DNA of 59,378 bases, the filler included. It is 5 parts of 5 records of this genome, joined end to end, with 100 filler letters (N's around TTAATTAATTAA, not from the genome) between each part and the next. Parts side by side here need not be neighbours in the genome. Positions count along the whole stretch, not along the records: positions 17,462 to 39,789 come from DRR723986_9182; 4 more parts are not named here. One strand, written 5' to 3'. Position numbers and translations under genes: made by a program. Each line of letters starts with the position of its first letter. Positions within the stretch are counted from its first letter, which is position 1. The notes under the pieces are model-generated. The model did no database searches. It was not told the origin of the DNA and saw only the letters and a program-made list of their open reading frames with translations. Below are positions 28,134 through 38,642 of this stretch, piece after piece.

Positions 28134-30721
28134 CGTGCGGTCCTTTCAAGCGAACCGATTGCCCCATCGAGCATCGCTGTGTGTCTCTCAACCAATTCGG
28201 CCGCTTCGTGATCGCGCCCGGCAGCGTACAGTATACGGCTGCGATTTATGTAAACTTGCCTTAGCGAGTCGCGATTTCGCAGTGTCGGGTTGCGGTCCAG
28301 CGCGAGTTCGAGGATGTCGGATGCTTCCTGAAAAGCAACTTCGGCGGCTGATTCATCACCGAGTTCTTCGAGCAGTAGCCCTTTGTTGTTCAGCGTGATC
28401 GCCAAACTCTCACGCAGACGCGGACTTGTTTTGTGTCTTTCTGCGAGCTTACGATAGGTGACCTCCGACAGCTCCAAGGCCCTGAGTGCTTCAGTTTGAT
28501 TTCCGAGACGCATCTCCGTCATGCCAAGATTGTTCATGACTACCGCTAGATCGCGTTGGTAAGTCGCAACTTGAGGTGACAGAGACACGAGCTGCTGTAC
28601 CAATCTTGCTGCTTCTCCAAGGTTCCCCTTGGCAAGTCCGAGGCGGTTTTCGTCAAGGTAAATCCGCCCCAGGTGCAGGTAGGTGCCGACAAGATCCCGG
28701 GACGAACGCCCTTTTGCACCAGCGCTTGCGGCTAGCTGCAGTTGTAGCTGAAGTGCAGACTGCAAGTGCTCGATGGCAGAGGATGCTTCTGAGTCGGAGA
28801 TTAAGGTACCGACGTTCTGGTATGCAGCCGCGAGTCCTCGGGCAATCTCCGGATCATGCGGATCGGACTTCATCGCCGCCCTGAGTAGCTGAATCGACTC
28901 GTTGAATGCTAGACCGGCCGCGCGTGGGCGATTGCCCTTCTGTAGGACAAGCCCCAAGTTGTTCAAGGTCAATGCAAGCCGGGCGGGATCTGCACCTTGT
29001 TCAGACTCACGCAACTGATCTACGGTTGCTTCGAGCGTCTGGACCGCTTGGACAGATTTGCCCGTCTCGGCCAGTGCGAGCCCCAGTCGATTCAAGTTGC
29101 GACTGCGTTGTAGAGCATATCCCTCGTTATTAGGCTCCATCGCAGTTAGTCGCGCGTAGATTGCCTCAGCGCACTGGTACTGACCAATCGCTTCGCCGGG
29201 ATTTCCTAACTCCTCCTGAATGGTGCCCATCTTGGAGTAGGCATTTGCGATCTGCTGATGAAGGACCTCATCCTCTGATGCCTGCAGTGCAAAATCTTGG
29301 TAGTACCGAAGTGTTCTGTTGAGCACTGTACGACGCAGTTGCTCCGCGCCGGGTACGGCCACCAGTTCGTCGGCGACCTTTGCCAATTCCTCAACACTGG
29401 TTCGAGCGTTTACGAGATTCTGCTCACGCAAACGACTCTCTCGCATGATCATCAGGTTGCCAGTTACCAAGGCGATCGCAGCAACCAGCAGCAGGCAGCA
29501 GGTGACCAACAGACCAAGTGCGTGCGCAGACGCTATCCGCGTCAACTTAACGACTGGTGAAACCGCTCTAGCCGAGATAGGACGCCCGTCGACCAAATTC
29601 TTTAGGTCCGCGGCAAAGGCTGCGGCTGATTCGTAGCGGTCCTCTTTGCGTTTGGAAATCGCTTTCTCGACAACGATTTGTAACTCGCGAGAAACATCCG
29701 GTCGAAGCCTGGACAAGGGCGTCGGCGCTTCGGATTCGATACTGCGCAGCAGCCCAGGCCCTTCACTACCCTGCATCGCACTTCGCAGCGTCAATAGCTC
29801 GTAGAGTGTTATGCCGAGTGAGTAGACGTCAGTTCGGTGGTCGACGAGTTCGTTGCGACCTGATGCCTGTTCAGGACTCATGTAGCGAAATGTTCCGACC
29901 ATCTCACCTGTCTTGGTGAGCGCCGATTCGGAGTGAACTCTGGCGAGGCCAAAATCGGCAATCCACAACTTCTGCGATCCGTCGAGGATTAGGTTCGAAG
30001 GTTTGATATCGCGGTGGATGATGCCGTGTTCGTGGGCAGAATGAAGCGCGTCAGCAACCAAAGAGAATTGGCGGAGCACATTCTTGATAGGCGGTTGCGT
30101 GCCCGCCAGGCGGTGTTCTTCGATCCGACGGTCGAGCGATGGACCGTCAATCTGCTGCATCGCATAGAAATGGATACCGCTTTGCTCACCAATACTGTAA
30201 ACAGGAACGATGTTGGAATGGTCAAGGTTCGCTGCTGCTCTAGCTTCGTTCTTGAATCGCTCAATATGTTTTTCGTCGAGCAGCGCAGCCATTGGCAAGA
30301 GCTTCACCGCGACGCGTCGGTGCAGTCGGTTGTCCAAAGCGGAGAAGACAATCCCCATACCGCCGCGGCCAATTTCTTGCACCAGGAGATAATCGCCGAG
30401 CTGCTGGCCAGCCATCGATCCATCGGATTCCGTTGGGCCAATGCCTGAGGCCGAACCTGGCGTACTGGTTCCGCCCGTTGCAGCGATCTGAAGCTCGTCT
30501 AGCTTCTCGAAGTAGGCATCAAGTAGGCCTGCGATGTCCTGGTTGTCTCGCTTGATCTGTTCTCGATCGGGCGCTTCGTGCTCTTCAAGTGCCGAAAGAT
30601 ATCCGTCGAGCAGCTCACCCAGACGGTTCTGCTGTTCCTCGGAAAGTGAATCGAGCGATGGGACCTCGCGCACTTCCGACGCAGTGCTTGCGTTCTTGTG
30701 CAGATTGCTTGGCTGATCCAC
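28130..30721 (-). CDS. Membrane Ser/Thr protein kinase with C-terminal TPR repeats
   Basis: GRGGMG, VAVK, HRDIKPSN, DFG, YMSPEQ, DVYSLG; one TM helix; TPR-like NNLG repeats; AAGGA before GTG. Confidence 0.93.
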   Translation of the reverse strand: MDQPSNLHKNASTASEVREVPSLDSLSEEQQNRLGELLDGYLSALEEHEAPDREQIKRDNQDIAGLLDAYFEKLDELQIAATGGTSTPGSASGIGPTESDGSMAGQQLGDYLLVQEIGRGGMGIVFSALDNRLHRRVAVKLLPMAALLDEKHIERFKNEARAAANLDHSNIVPVYSIGEQSGIHFYAMQQIDGPSLDRRIEEHRLAGTQPPIKNVLRQFSLVADALHSAHEHGIIHRDIKPSNLILDGSQKLWIADFGLARVHSESALTKTGEMVGTFRYMSPEQASGRNELVDHRTDVYSLGITLYELLTLRSAMQGSEGPGLLRSIESEAPTPLSRLRPDVSRELQIVVEKAISKRKEDRYESAAAFAADLKNLVDGRPISARAVSPVVKLTRIASAHALGLLVTCCLLLVAAIALVTGNLMIMRESRLREQNLVNARTSVEELAKVADELVAVPGAEQLRRTVLNRTLRYYQDFALQASEDEVLHQQIANAYSKMGTIQEELGNPGEAIGQYQCAEAIYARLTAMEPNNEGYALQRSRNLNRLGLALAETGKSVQAVQTLEATVDQLRESEQGADPARLALTLNNLGLVLQKGNRPRAAGLAFNESIQLLRAAMKSDPHDPEIARGLAAAYQNVGTLISDSEASSAIEHLQSALQLQLQLAASAGAKGRSSRDLVGTYLHLGRIYLDENRLGLAKGNLGEAARLVQQLVSLSPQVATYQRDLAVVMNNLGMTEMRLGNQTEALRALELSEVTYRKLAERHKTSPRLRESLAITLNNKGLLLEELGDESAAEVAFQEASDILELALDRNPTLRNRDSLRQVYINRSRILYAAGRDHEAAELVERHTAMLDGAIGSLERTAR

Positions 30722-31054
30722 GTCTGAAATCCTTCAGTTCGAGTGCCACTCCCAACAGCTCATCGCGTCCTGCTCGCAAATACGACTCAGCGCCGATTTC
30801 GATGAAGACGTCATCTCTTATCAACCGCAAAGCGTGTACCAAGTTTCTGTGTCGCAGTTCATTCTGCACCAGAAACCCGCTTTCCATCTGCGCAGCAATT
30901 CACACATGAACTCAAAACGATGAGTCAATGCTGATCAGTCGACGCCGTTGCACGAAATGCCCGCGCGGTGGTCTCTGCCTGCCGTCAGATTCGAGGCGGT
31001 ATGGATAAGTTGTTTAGACGAGTGCGCCTCAAAAAGAGGCATTACTCTCAACTA

Positions 31055-31081
31055 TAGACGATGTGAGACCACAAATGTTAC
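31055..31081 (-). promoter_or_regulatory. Candidate ECF-sigma promoter upstream of the kinase and surface-protein genes
   Basis: GTAAC-N16-CGTCTA on the minus strand, overlapping the ECF stop codon. Confidence 0.4.
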
Positions 31082-31734
31082 CCACCACTTGGGCTATAGA
31101 CCTGTTTAAACTGATCGATTGCCCGAAGCCAAAGCATGCGAGCGGCACCGGATGAGCGGTCCATTTTCTTGGCAACTTCCTCGAAGGAAAGGCCCTGTAA
31201 GTTCCGCAGCGTGATGACTTCCGCATAGTCGGGACTTAGTTTTGCGAGCGAATCAGCCAACTGTCGTGCTCGCTCAGCCTGCAAAACGGGACTACTAGGG
31301 GAGTCAGTCTTTGCGGCCAGAATTCCGGCCAGATTCATCGCCGACTGATCGACACTTACACGCACTTGGTCCATCGACACTTCGCGGCGAATATCCCTTT
31401 TTTCCGCTTTGACGTGCTTATCGATGGCACCGTGCAGGACGTGAATCAAGATCTGACGCAGCCATCCAACTAGTTCCCCAGGCGACTTTCCGCGGAATGC
31501 GCCAAAGTCCCTATGGGCTGCCAAGAGCGTTTCTTGCACGAGGTCGGACGGATTGAGGCGTTGTCTCAGTCGCCGGTCGAGCTGTGTGTTGGCGAGCACA
31601 TTGAGGTAGTTGAAGTATGACTCCAGGAGTTTCCCGAGCTCGGCCGCGTCACCGCTCGCCACGGCCCTTTTGGCAGCGGCGATTTGCTGTTCAATTTCAG
31701 TATCAGATGGCATCGGAGAAGTGTTTCCGCTCAA
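31078..31734 (-). CDS. ECF sigma factor of the planctomycete kinase-associated type
   Basis: LNPSDLVQETLLAAHRDF, WLRQIL, region 4 VITLRNLQGLSFEEVAKKMDRS. Confidence 0.92.
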   Translation of the reverse strand: MSGNTSPMPSDTEIEQQIAAAKRAVASGDAAELGKLLESYFNYLNVLANTQLDRRLRQRLNPSDLVQETLLAAHRDFGAFRGKSPGELVGWLRQILIHVLHGAIDKHVKAEKRDIRREVSMDQVRVSVDQSAMNLAGILAAKTDSPSSPVLQAERARQLADSLAKLSPDYAEVITLRNLQGLSFEEVAKKMDRSSGAARMLWLRAIDQFKQVYSPSGG

Positions 31735-31915
31735 CTATGTTCATCAGCTCGGCGACCGTCGTACCCGCAATACTGTACTTGCCCCAGCCTCAGAAGTCAG
31801 CACCGGCTCCGCTTCAGCCGTAAACTTGCCTGCGCAACGCGCGACGCACCTCCGCGGCTCGCATTCGAACCACCCTCTGTTCAAGAGTTCAAGTCACTCG
31901 TCGGCATTGGTTCCT

Positions 31916-33388
31916 TTAGAGCTTCAAGCGTTCGATGATCTCACCAAGTGTGATCGTACGTTGGCTAGGTGAGTGACGAAGCGCGCAATCCATTATGCCG
32001 AAAAGCTCCTTTGAGCCGTCGTTTACTGCCCTTCTCGCGTCGGGAGTACGTTTAGATGGATGTAATGTGCTGTTAAGCGAGTCTGCTGCAGATTTTGCGG
32101 AGTGAGGTGGGTTGCCGAATAGGTACCAGTGAATAATCCCGCCAATCGCATAGATGTCGGTCTCGTAGCTAACGTTACCGAAAGCATTGTCGATTTGTTC
32201 TGGTGCGGCAAATCCAATGGTTCCCCCGAGGAACGATTCGTTGTTCGCGACAGTTCGCTGGGAAAACCCAAAGTCGGTGAGGACAACGCGGTTCTGGCGG
32301 TCAACCATAACATTGCTTGGAGTGAGATCTCCATGAACTAGACCAGCAGCATGCACCTCTCGCACCGCTTCACAAATTTGTACAAACCATTCCTTGAATT
32401 GCTGAGTGGTTGGCCGCGGTACGTTGAACAGCGTATCGCCGTCGATCCATTCACTCAACAAGTAAGTCCCGCCGTGTGGAGAACGCCCCGCGCCGATGTA
32501 GTTCAGGACCCCAGGGTGCTGAATCGTTGCGGAGAGTGAGATCTCGCGGTGAAAGGATGCTCGAGCGGCGGCGTCCTGCCAAAACGACTTGCGAAGAAAC
32601 TTGACCGCTACCGTTTCACCGCCCTTCTGCATAACGGCTCGATACACTTTACCGAATCCTCCTCCCGCGATCAGCTCGCATAGCACAAACTCGTTGTAAC
32701 CAACCGGCGGCAGCCCTGTAAGCGAGTCATTTGCGCTACCGTAAACCGAATCGGTTGAACTGACGTCCCTCAAGTCACTGTTGGCGCGGAGCGCTCGTCT
32801 CACTTTTGTAAGGCGTCGTCGCACCGTTCGTTCGGTGATTCCGAGCGCAATGGCCAGTTCCGATTGCCTTTGTCCAGCCAACACTCCAAGGGCAATGTCG
32901 TAAAGCTCCGCTGGCAACTCTGCCTCCAGCAACTCAAGCGTTTCCTTCTCAGCCAACTCCCCGCGCTCCGTGAGGTTGATCGCTATCAAGGATTCCACGT
33001 CAGAGAGTTGCATCTGTGATTGGTCGGCCCCACGTCTTGTGGCGCTTGCGCGCTCAATCTTACGAGATAGCTTGCGGCGCACGAAAGTCGCGAGCAGCTT
33101 CCATAGCGTTACGCTGCGACTCACCTCAATTCGGCTCTCTGCCGCCGCAGCAAAGAAGCTGGCCATCGCGGACTGCACCACATCGTCTGCATCAAATGCA
33201 CCTCGAAACCTGCGACTCAGCCGGCTTGCAACCAAAGCAATCAGTCGAAGGGAGTAGCGATCCATCAAGATCGTTGCTGCAGCCTCGTCGCCACGCTTCC
33301 ATTCAGACAGCAACCAACCGTCGGGACGATCCTCACGTGAAAAATTTTCGCGATTTCCGACTTCTTGCCTGTCCGGTTCGGTGCCCAA
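31916..33388 (-). CDS. ECF sigma factor fused to a Ser/Thr kinase domain
   Basis: N-half DADDVVQSAMASFF and HTH QSELAIALGITERTVRRRL; C-half GGGFGKVY, VAVK, HGDLTPSN, DFG, APE; probable TTG start at 33388 after AGGA. Confidence 0.85.
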   Translation of the reverse strand: MGTEPDRQEVGNRENFSREDRPDGWLLSEWKRGDEAAATILMDRYSLRLIALVASRLSRRFRGAFDADDVVQSAMASFFAAAAESRIEVSRSVTLWKLLATFVRRKLSRKIERASATRRGADQSQMQLSDVESLIAINLTERGELAEKETLELLEAELPAELYDIALGVLAGQRQSELAIALGITERTVRRRLTKVRRALRANSDLRDVSSTDSVYGSANDSLTGLPPVGYNEFVLCELIAGGGFGKVYRAVMQKGGETVAVKFLRKSFWQDAAARASFHREISLSATIQHPGVLNYIGAGRSPHGGTYLLSEWIDGDTLFNVPRPTTQQFKEWFVQICEAVREVHAAGLVHGDLTPSNVMVDRQNRVVLTDFGFSQRTVANNESFLGGTIGFAAPEQIDNAFGNVSYETDIYAIGGIIHWYLFGNPPHSAKSAADSLNSTLHPSKRTPDARRAVNDGSKELFGIMDCALRHSPSQRTITLGEIIERLKL

Positions 33389-33473
33389 ATTCTCATTTCC
33401 TAAGTGGATTGACCAACACCACGTTCGTAATTTCGCGTGGTATTCATTGTGCCTTACTTTGGGAGAATCGACG

Positions 33474-33728
33474 ATGGCAATGGTGGTAACGCAACCCTGC
33501 ATAGGCTGCAAAGACAAATCGTGCTTACCGGTCTGCCCCGTGGACTGCTTCTACGAAGACGACAAGATGGTTTACATCGCCCCGGATGAATGCATCGACT
33601 GCGGCGCTTGCGTTGCCGAGTGTCCAACTGAGGCGATCTTCTACGAAGACGACGTTCCCGAGCGATGGCAAGGCTTCATCGAGCTGAATGCAATAAAGTC
33701 GAAGGAATGTCCTCCAGCTCTCCCTTAA
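33474..33728 (+). CDS. FdxA-type dicluster (7Fe/8Fe) ferredoxin
   Basis: CIGCKDKSCLPVCPVDCF...ECIDCGACVAECP; GGAG RBS. Confidence 0.92.
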   Translation: MAMVVTQPCIGCKDKSCLPVCPVDCFYEDDKMVYIAPDECIDCGACVAECPTEAIFYEDDVPERWQGFIELNAIKSKECPPALP

Positions 33729-33932
33729 CCGGGCCACGCCCAAAAATGGCCGAGAAAGAATCTTGACGCCCCGACGAGGGGTCGATCATCTACGCAACAA
33801 GAGCGACGAACAGCTTTCGTGATTCACGCGCAATTGGCGAATTGGTCGACGCGTGCGGAAGCGATGGCAATTGTTATCATTGAGACCGCAAGTTCATCTC
33901 ACATGTCATCCCTTTCTGATCAGGATAATCAA

Positions 33933-34712
33933 ATGACGCGATGGCCCGGACTAACACAGTTTCAATTGACAGACCAAGCCGCGATTGTCACCGGTGGATC
34001 CAAGGGATTAGGCGAAGCGATGGCAGCGGGACTGGCTTCGGCAGGAGCGAATGTACTCTTGGTCAGTCGCAATGAAGCGGAGGCTCAGGCTGCTGCGGAG
34101 AAGATCTCGAAGGAGTATCCCGTTCGAGCAATTGGCATGGCCGCAGACGTCACCGAACTTTCGGCTGTAGAGCGGATGATACAGATGTGCACCGAAGCTT
34201 TCGGGCGCGTTGACATTCTAGTCAACAATGCGGGCATCAACATTCGTGGTCCGATCGACGAGCTCTCGCTAGAAGAATTCCGCGAAGTCCAGCGAGTGAA
34301 TGTTGATGCGATGTGGCTGTGCTGCAAAGCGGTCGCTCCAGTGATGAAGCGGCAGCAATATGGACGCATCATCAACATGGCCAGCACGCTTGGTGTCGTC
34401 GGCTTGGCCAACCGTACGCCATACGCAACGAGCAAAGGGGCGGTCGTGCAAATGACACGTGCTCTAGGGCTAGAGTTCGCCAAGGAAAAGATTACCGTCA
34501 ACGCGATTTGTCCCGGGCCGTTCCTCACGCCCATGAACGTTCCAATAGCGGAATCGGAGGAGGCGAAAAAGTTTATCGTCGGTGCCACGGCCTTGGAGCG
34601 CTGGGGCGAGCTGAAGGAAATCCAGGGTGCGGCAATGTTCCTTGCGAGCCCCGCAGCAAGCTACGTTACCGGCAGCATGGTGACGGTCGACGGTGGATGG
34701 ACCGCTCAATAG
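33933..34712 (+). CDS. Short-chain dehydrogenase/reductase (SDR)
   Basis: TGGSKGLG, NNAG, YATSK, VDGG. Confidence 0.93.
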   Translation: MTRWPGLTQFQLTDQAAIVTGGSKGLGEAMAAGLASAGANVLLVSRNEAEAQAAAEKISKEYPVRAIGMAADVTELSAVERMIQMCTEAFGRVDILVNNAGINIRGPIDELSLEEFREVQRVNVDAMWLCCKAVAPVMKRQQYGRIINMASTLGVVGLANRTPYATSKGAVVQMTRALGLEFAKEKITVNAICPGPFLTPMNVPIAESEEAKKFIVGATALERWGELKEIQGAAMFLASPAASYVTGSMVTVDGGWTAQ

Positions 34713-34994
34713 CCATCCGTTAGTCCCCTAGTCGGTTCCATCAAGTTTAACTGCGTGGTCGAGAACCAGGGACTGCTGTCAGTGAATAGGGAAAATGACC
34801 AGTTCGTTGCACAACTTTCCTTCGCCGAAGCGTCCGTCATTACGTCACACACCTTACTGCGTTGGACCGTACCGGTCAGGCCATCCCAATTGAGGGCGTC
34901 TTCGGTACCGACATGAGCAGTCGCACTTGTGAATGATACGAGTTCATCGTCAGCAAACGGAACACTCAGCACCACGATTTTTGAGCCAAGATTT

Positions 34995-36536
34995 ATGGAT
35001 GTACTAGGCCCCCAACGACGTTTCGTCCTTGCTGTCACGATGGTGACCGTCGCGTTCTTGTTCATAGCCTTGCCTTCGCCCCTCGCTGCACGGGCACAAG
35101 AAACTGCTCAGGCGGGCCAGCAAGGCGCTGCATCGAACGAGGTCACTCGCGATATTTCAAGAACCTCTTTGCGCGACCTCCATGTGAAACTGGTCGACGA
35201 TGACGGCCAGCCTGTCGCTGGCGGACTTGTTATGCCGTACGCAATGCGCTTGGTGGAGACCAACGGGCACGGCTACTGGGACCGGGAAGTACTCGGTCAG
35301 CCTGTCGACTATAAAAGTAACGAGGATGGCATTGCGACGATTCGCTATCCAGGCAACGTTTATAACAAACCGAAACCGTTCACGACCAAGCTAGTCACTT
35401 TTCAGATTCGTCACTTTGATTTTGTAACCAAGGTAGTGCACCTGGACCTGGGCCCCGATTACGACAAACCGATCACCGAAACCGAAGTGATGCTCAAACG
35501 TGGGTGCGAGTTAGAGATTTCGGCCATCGACGCTAGCGGCAACGTCGTTGAGGATTATGCAGTTATGATGGCTGGTGAGAGCTTCCCGAACCTGTGGGAG
35601 AAGAACCCCGATGGCGTCCGACGCACCTCAGCGCTCGACGACGGAACTCGCCAATTGCTCTTGGTCGCACCGCAGCCGGACGGTCCGATCCTATTCAGCG
35701 GCCTGCGACCGCTCCGCGTGCGTCCAAGCCAAGCACTGAAAATCAGACGCATCAAGCTGCGGCCGGGCGTGACGCTCACTGGGAAGTTGGCTGACGATGT
35801 ACCGAGGCCAGTGAAGAATGGTTATGTGATTGTTACCTGCGCACCCCGGCCACTCGACGACGAGCAGCAGCGGGAAACGTTGACGTGGCACGACTGGGCG
35901 AAGGTCGAAGACGACGGAACCTTTCGCGTCGAGTCGCTTCCGCGCGGCGGAACGATGCAAGCGATTGCGGTATGCAACGACTGGGTCAGCAAAACCAACT
36001 GGGGCGACCGGGGCAGTTTCGTCCGAGGACAGCTATTCGACCTCGGCGAGGAGCTCACTGACATAGAAATCCAAATGGAACGCACCGGTACGCTGCAACT
36101 AGAACTTGTCACGCCAGACGGCAAGCCGCTTGAATCAGGAAAAGTTAGCAGTTGGCCGAACCAACTGTACTACAAAGGTGGTTCCACACTTCTCGGGCAA
36201 CGATTCAGAAGTCTACAAATTGCGCAAGCTCAAATCGGAATGGAGTCGACGATAGACCTGATTCGTGAAACCCCATTTTTGGATCAGCCCGTAGAGGCGG
36301 GCCGCTGCACGTTGAGAGGAATTCCGATCGGAAAGACTTATCGACTGGCGATTTTTCACGAGGACTACAAGTTTCAAACCGTTGCAGGAAGCGAGCCCAG
36401 CTTTTTGCTCAAGGACGAGAAACCTCAAAAACTGCGACTGACTGTAGTGCCTCACGCAGCCCCCGATCTGGGCAACGCTTTGATGGACGCGGCCGGAGCA
36501 GTAAGAAAAGCTGTTGACGATCTGCGCGATCGGTAA
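34995..36536 (+). CDS. Secreted planctomycete protein with carboxypeptidase-regulatory-like beta-sandwich repeats
   Basis: Signal peptide; repeated VDxxGxPV / DGxF patterns. Confidence 0.65.
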   Translation: MDVLGPQRRFVLAVTMVTVAFLFIALPSPLAARAQETAQAGQQGAASNEVTRDISRTSLRDLHVKLVDDDGQPVAGGLVMPYAMRLVETNGHGYWDREVLGQPVDYKSNEDGIATIRYPGNVYNKPKPFTTKLVTFQIRHFDFVTKVVHLDLGPDYDKPITETEVMLKRGCELEISAIDASGNVVEDYAVMMAGESFPNLWEKNPDGVRRTSALDDGTRQLLLVAPQPDGPILFSGLRPLRVRPSQALKIRRIKLRPGVTLTGKLADDVPRPVKNGYVIVTCAPRPLDDEQQRETLTWHDWAKVEDDGTFRVESLPRGGTMQAIAVCNDWVSKTNWGDRGSFVRGQLFDLGEELTDIEIQMERTGTLQLELVTPDGKPLESGKVSSWPNQLYYKGGSTLLGQRFRSLQIAQAQIGMESTIDLIRETPFLDQPVEAGRCTLRGIPIGKTYRLAIFHEDYKFQTVAGSEPSFLLKDEKPQKLRLTVVPHAAPDLGNALMDAAGAVRKAVDDLRDR

Positions 36537-36563
36537 CGCACCCGAGCCGCGGCAGCGCGTCCA

Positions 36564-37670
36564 TCAGTGTGAGTTGTGCAACTCGGTGTAGAGGCGATCG
36601 TAACCTGAAACCATCGCATCCAGTGAGAACACCTCTCGGCATCTATCCGCCGCAGCTTCCCCCATCGCCTTTCGCCGAGTGTCGTCGCGCAACAAAGCGT
36701 TTGTCTGTCTGGTGAGCGTTTCGACGTTGCCCAGGCCGTAAAGAACACCTGAATCGTCGTGCTCAATCAAATCTCGATTGCCAGGGATATCACTGGCAAG
36801 CACTGGAATGCCAAGAGACATTGCCTCCAAGATCGTATTGCTCTGCCCTTCGTACAGGCTACCATTCCATAACAAATCGAAGCCGCTCATTAGTTCGCTT
36901 GCATCCTTGCGGTGGCCCGCGAACTTAACCGCGTCCTCCGCGCCGGACTTGTCGCGGTACTCTTGCAATTGTCTGAGCAGTGGCCCTTCGCCGATGATGA
37001 CGACCCATACGTCTTGATAGGCAACACGCAACAGCTCGCCAGCCCAAATCAAATCGCGGTAACCCTTCTGAGGCCACAGCCGCCCAACGGCACCGACCAA
37101 GCGTCCTCGCGGTGGAATGCCAAGGCGTCGATAGACCTCCTCACGTGCAAGTCGCTGCTGCTCGGGTGGCAGGACTGCGTTGGGGATCACCCGGAACTTG
37201 TCGCGAGGCAAGCCCTTGTTCGAATAGAAATCAACGACTGCGTTTGTGTTTGTGGCGTAACATTTCGTAATACCAGCAAGTCGCCGATCAATGGCAAGCT
37301 GCAACTTAGATTTCCAAGGGTCAGCACTTCGCTCGCCGACGACGATAACCGGCACGCCAGCCTGTCGAGCCGCCAAGCGCCCGTAACTGTTCGCGGCGAA
37401 TAGCCAGGTATGGACGATATCGGGCTTCAGCCGCTTTAGCTCTCGGACCAGCCTTCGGTACGCGAACGGGTCGACTTTGAGCCGTTTACCGATGACGTGC
37501 ACATTGATCCCAGCATCTCGCAACCGTTGTTCATAGGGGCCGGTATGAGTTAGCACGAAGACGTGGCACTCAAACTTTTCACGGTCCAGCCCTTCGCAAA
37601 GCAGCGTTAGTTGCTTTTCGGCACCTCCCTGAACCAGGGTTGGGATTATTTGGCAAACCTTTATTTTCAT
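36564..37670 (-). CDS. Glycosyltransferase family 4
   Basis: GGAEKQL, VHTWL, VGRL..QKG, EGQSNTILEAMSLG.PV..SDIPG. Confidence 0.92.
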   Translation of the reverse strand: MKIKVCQIIPTLVQGGAEKQLTLLCEGLDREKFECHVFVLTHTGPYEQRLRDAGINVHVIGKRLKVDPFAYRRLVRELKRLKPDIVHTWLFAANSYGRLAARQAGVPVIVVGERSADPWKSKLQLAIDRRLAGITKCYATNTNAVVDFYSNKGLPRDKFRVIPNAVLPPEQQRLAREEVYRRLGIPPRGRLVGAVGRLWPQKGYRDLIWAGELLRVAYQDVWVVIIGEGPLLRQLQEYRDKSGAEDAVKFAGHRKDASELMSGFDLLWNGSLYEGQSNTILEAMSLGIPVLASDIPGNRDLIEHDDSGVLYGLGNVETLTRQTNALLRDDTRRKAMGEAAADRCREVFSLDAMVSGYDRLYTELHNSH

Positions 37671-37956
37671 GGTACAAGTTTCGCTGCCCGCAGCCGATTT
37701 GAGAAGTCCAGATTGCTAACCACTTTCGCAGCCGCGTTATCCGCGCCCCAAACAGACGGCATTTCCTTGCTTCAAAGGCACCTGTTTGCAGCTCAGTATG
37801 AAAATATCGAAAGAAACGTAGGGGGCAGAAACGCTGGCGGTAAAGAGGAAGGACGACTGCATTTGATATGTTGAAATACCTCACCGGTCGAGACCTTATG
37901 ATTCAGATCGGCCAGCTAGCAGCATTTGGGGCGAGTCAGGGATCCAGGAGTGGACC

Positions 37957-38577
37957 ATGGAGAAGGTTATCAATCGAGGAATCTGGATAGTGATTCTGTT
38001 TGGCGTAAGCTACGGTGTGTTTCAGTTGACGCAAGAAATGCAGCGATACAATAGCATTCGCGAGGTTTACTTGCCGTTGTTTGGAAAGTTGCGGACATTT
38101 TCTCCCGGCGTTGATCCCACCAAGTACTACGTGCGGTGCATGGTAAATGAACCGATGAATCTGCAGTTGCAGTATTCACTTCCAACCGGCACACAATTTC
38201 AATGCCGGAGCCTGTCCTTCGGCAGTGCGTTTCGCGCAGTGATTAACTCTAGTGTCGCCAACACGCCCCCGGCGAGGGTAGTTGGGAATTGCCAATTTGA
38301 GATACGCCTCTCGAGCAATGGCCATGCATATATAAAAGAGAGCAACAACGGCTCCGGGCGCTCCGGTGGATGTGATTACGAAGTGGCGAAGTTCTTGTCT
38401 GACCATTGGCACAAGCTCGAGATCGAGGTGGCCGGAAGCGATGAGACGGAGAAGTTTGATCTCAACGAAGTCGCTACTTTGGTTAAGATATCGATCCCTG
38501 CACCGCTGTTAGAGAAAGCGAAACAGGATTCAGACGGTCGCCTCGCGCGTCAACTGGGTACGCCGTTGACCATCTAG
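37957..38577 (+). CDS. Planctomycete hypothetical membrane-anchored protein (may originally extend to 38646)
   Basis: AGGAG RBS, N-terminal TM helix; frame stays open past the TAG to a TGA overlapping the next ATG. Confidence 0.7.
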   Translation: MEKVINRGIWIVILFGVSYGVFQLTQEMQRYNSIREVYLPLFGKLRTFSPGVDPTKYYVRCMVNEPMNLQLQYSLPTGTQFQCRSLSFGSAFRAVINSSVANTPPARVVGNCQFEIRLSSNGHAYIKESNNGSGRSGGCDYEVAKFLSDHWHKLEIEVAGSDETEKFDLNEVATLVKISIPAPLLEKAKQDSDGRLARQLGTPLTI

Positions 38578-38642
38578 ATGGGCCCAGAAACCAGCAAAGA
38601 CTGGGAGAGCCTTAAAGGGCCTAAGCAGTGGTGGCTGGAGAG

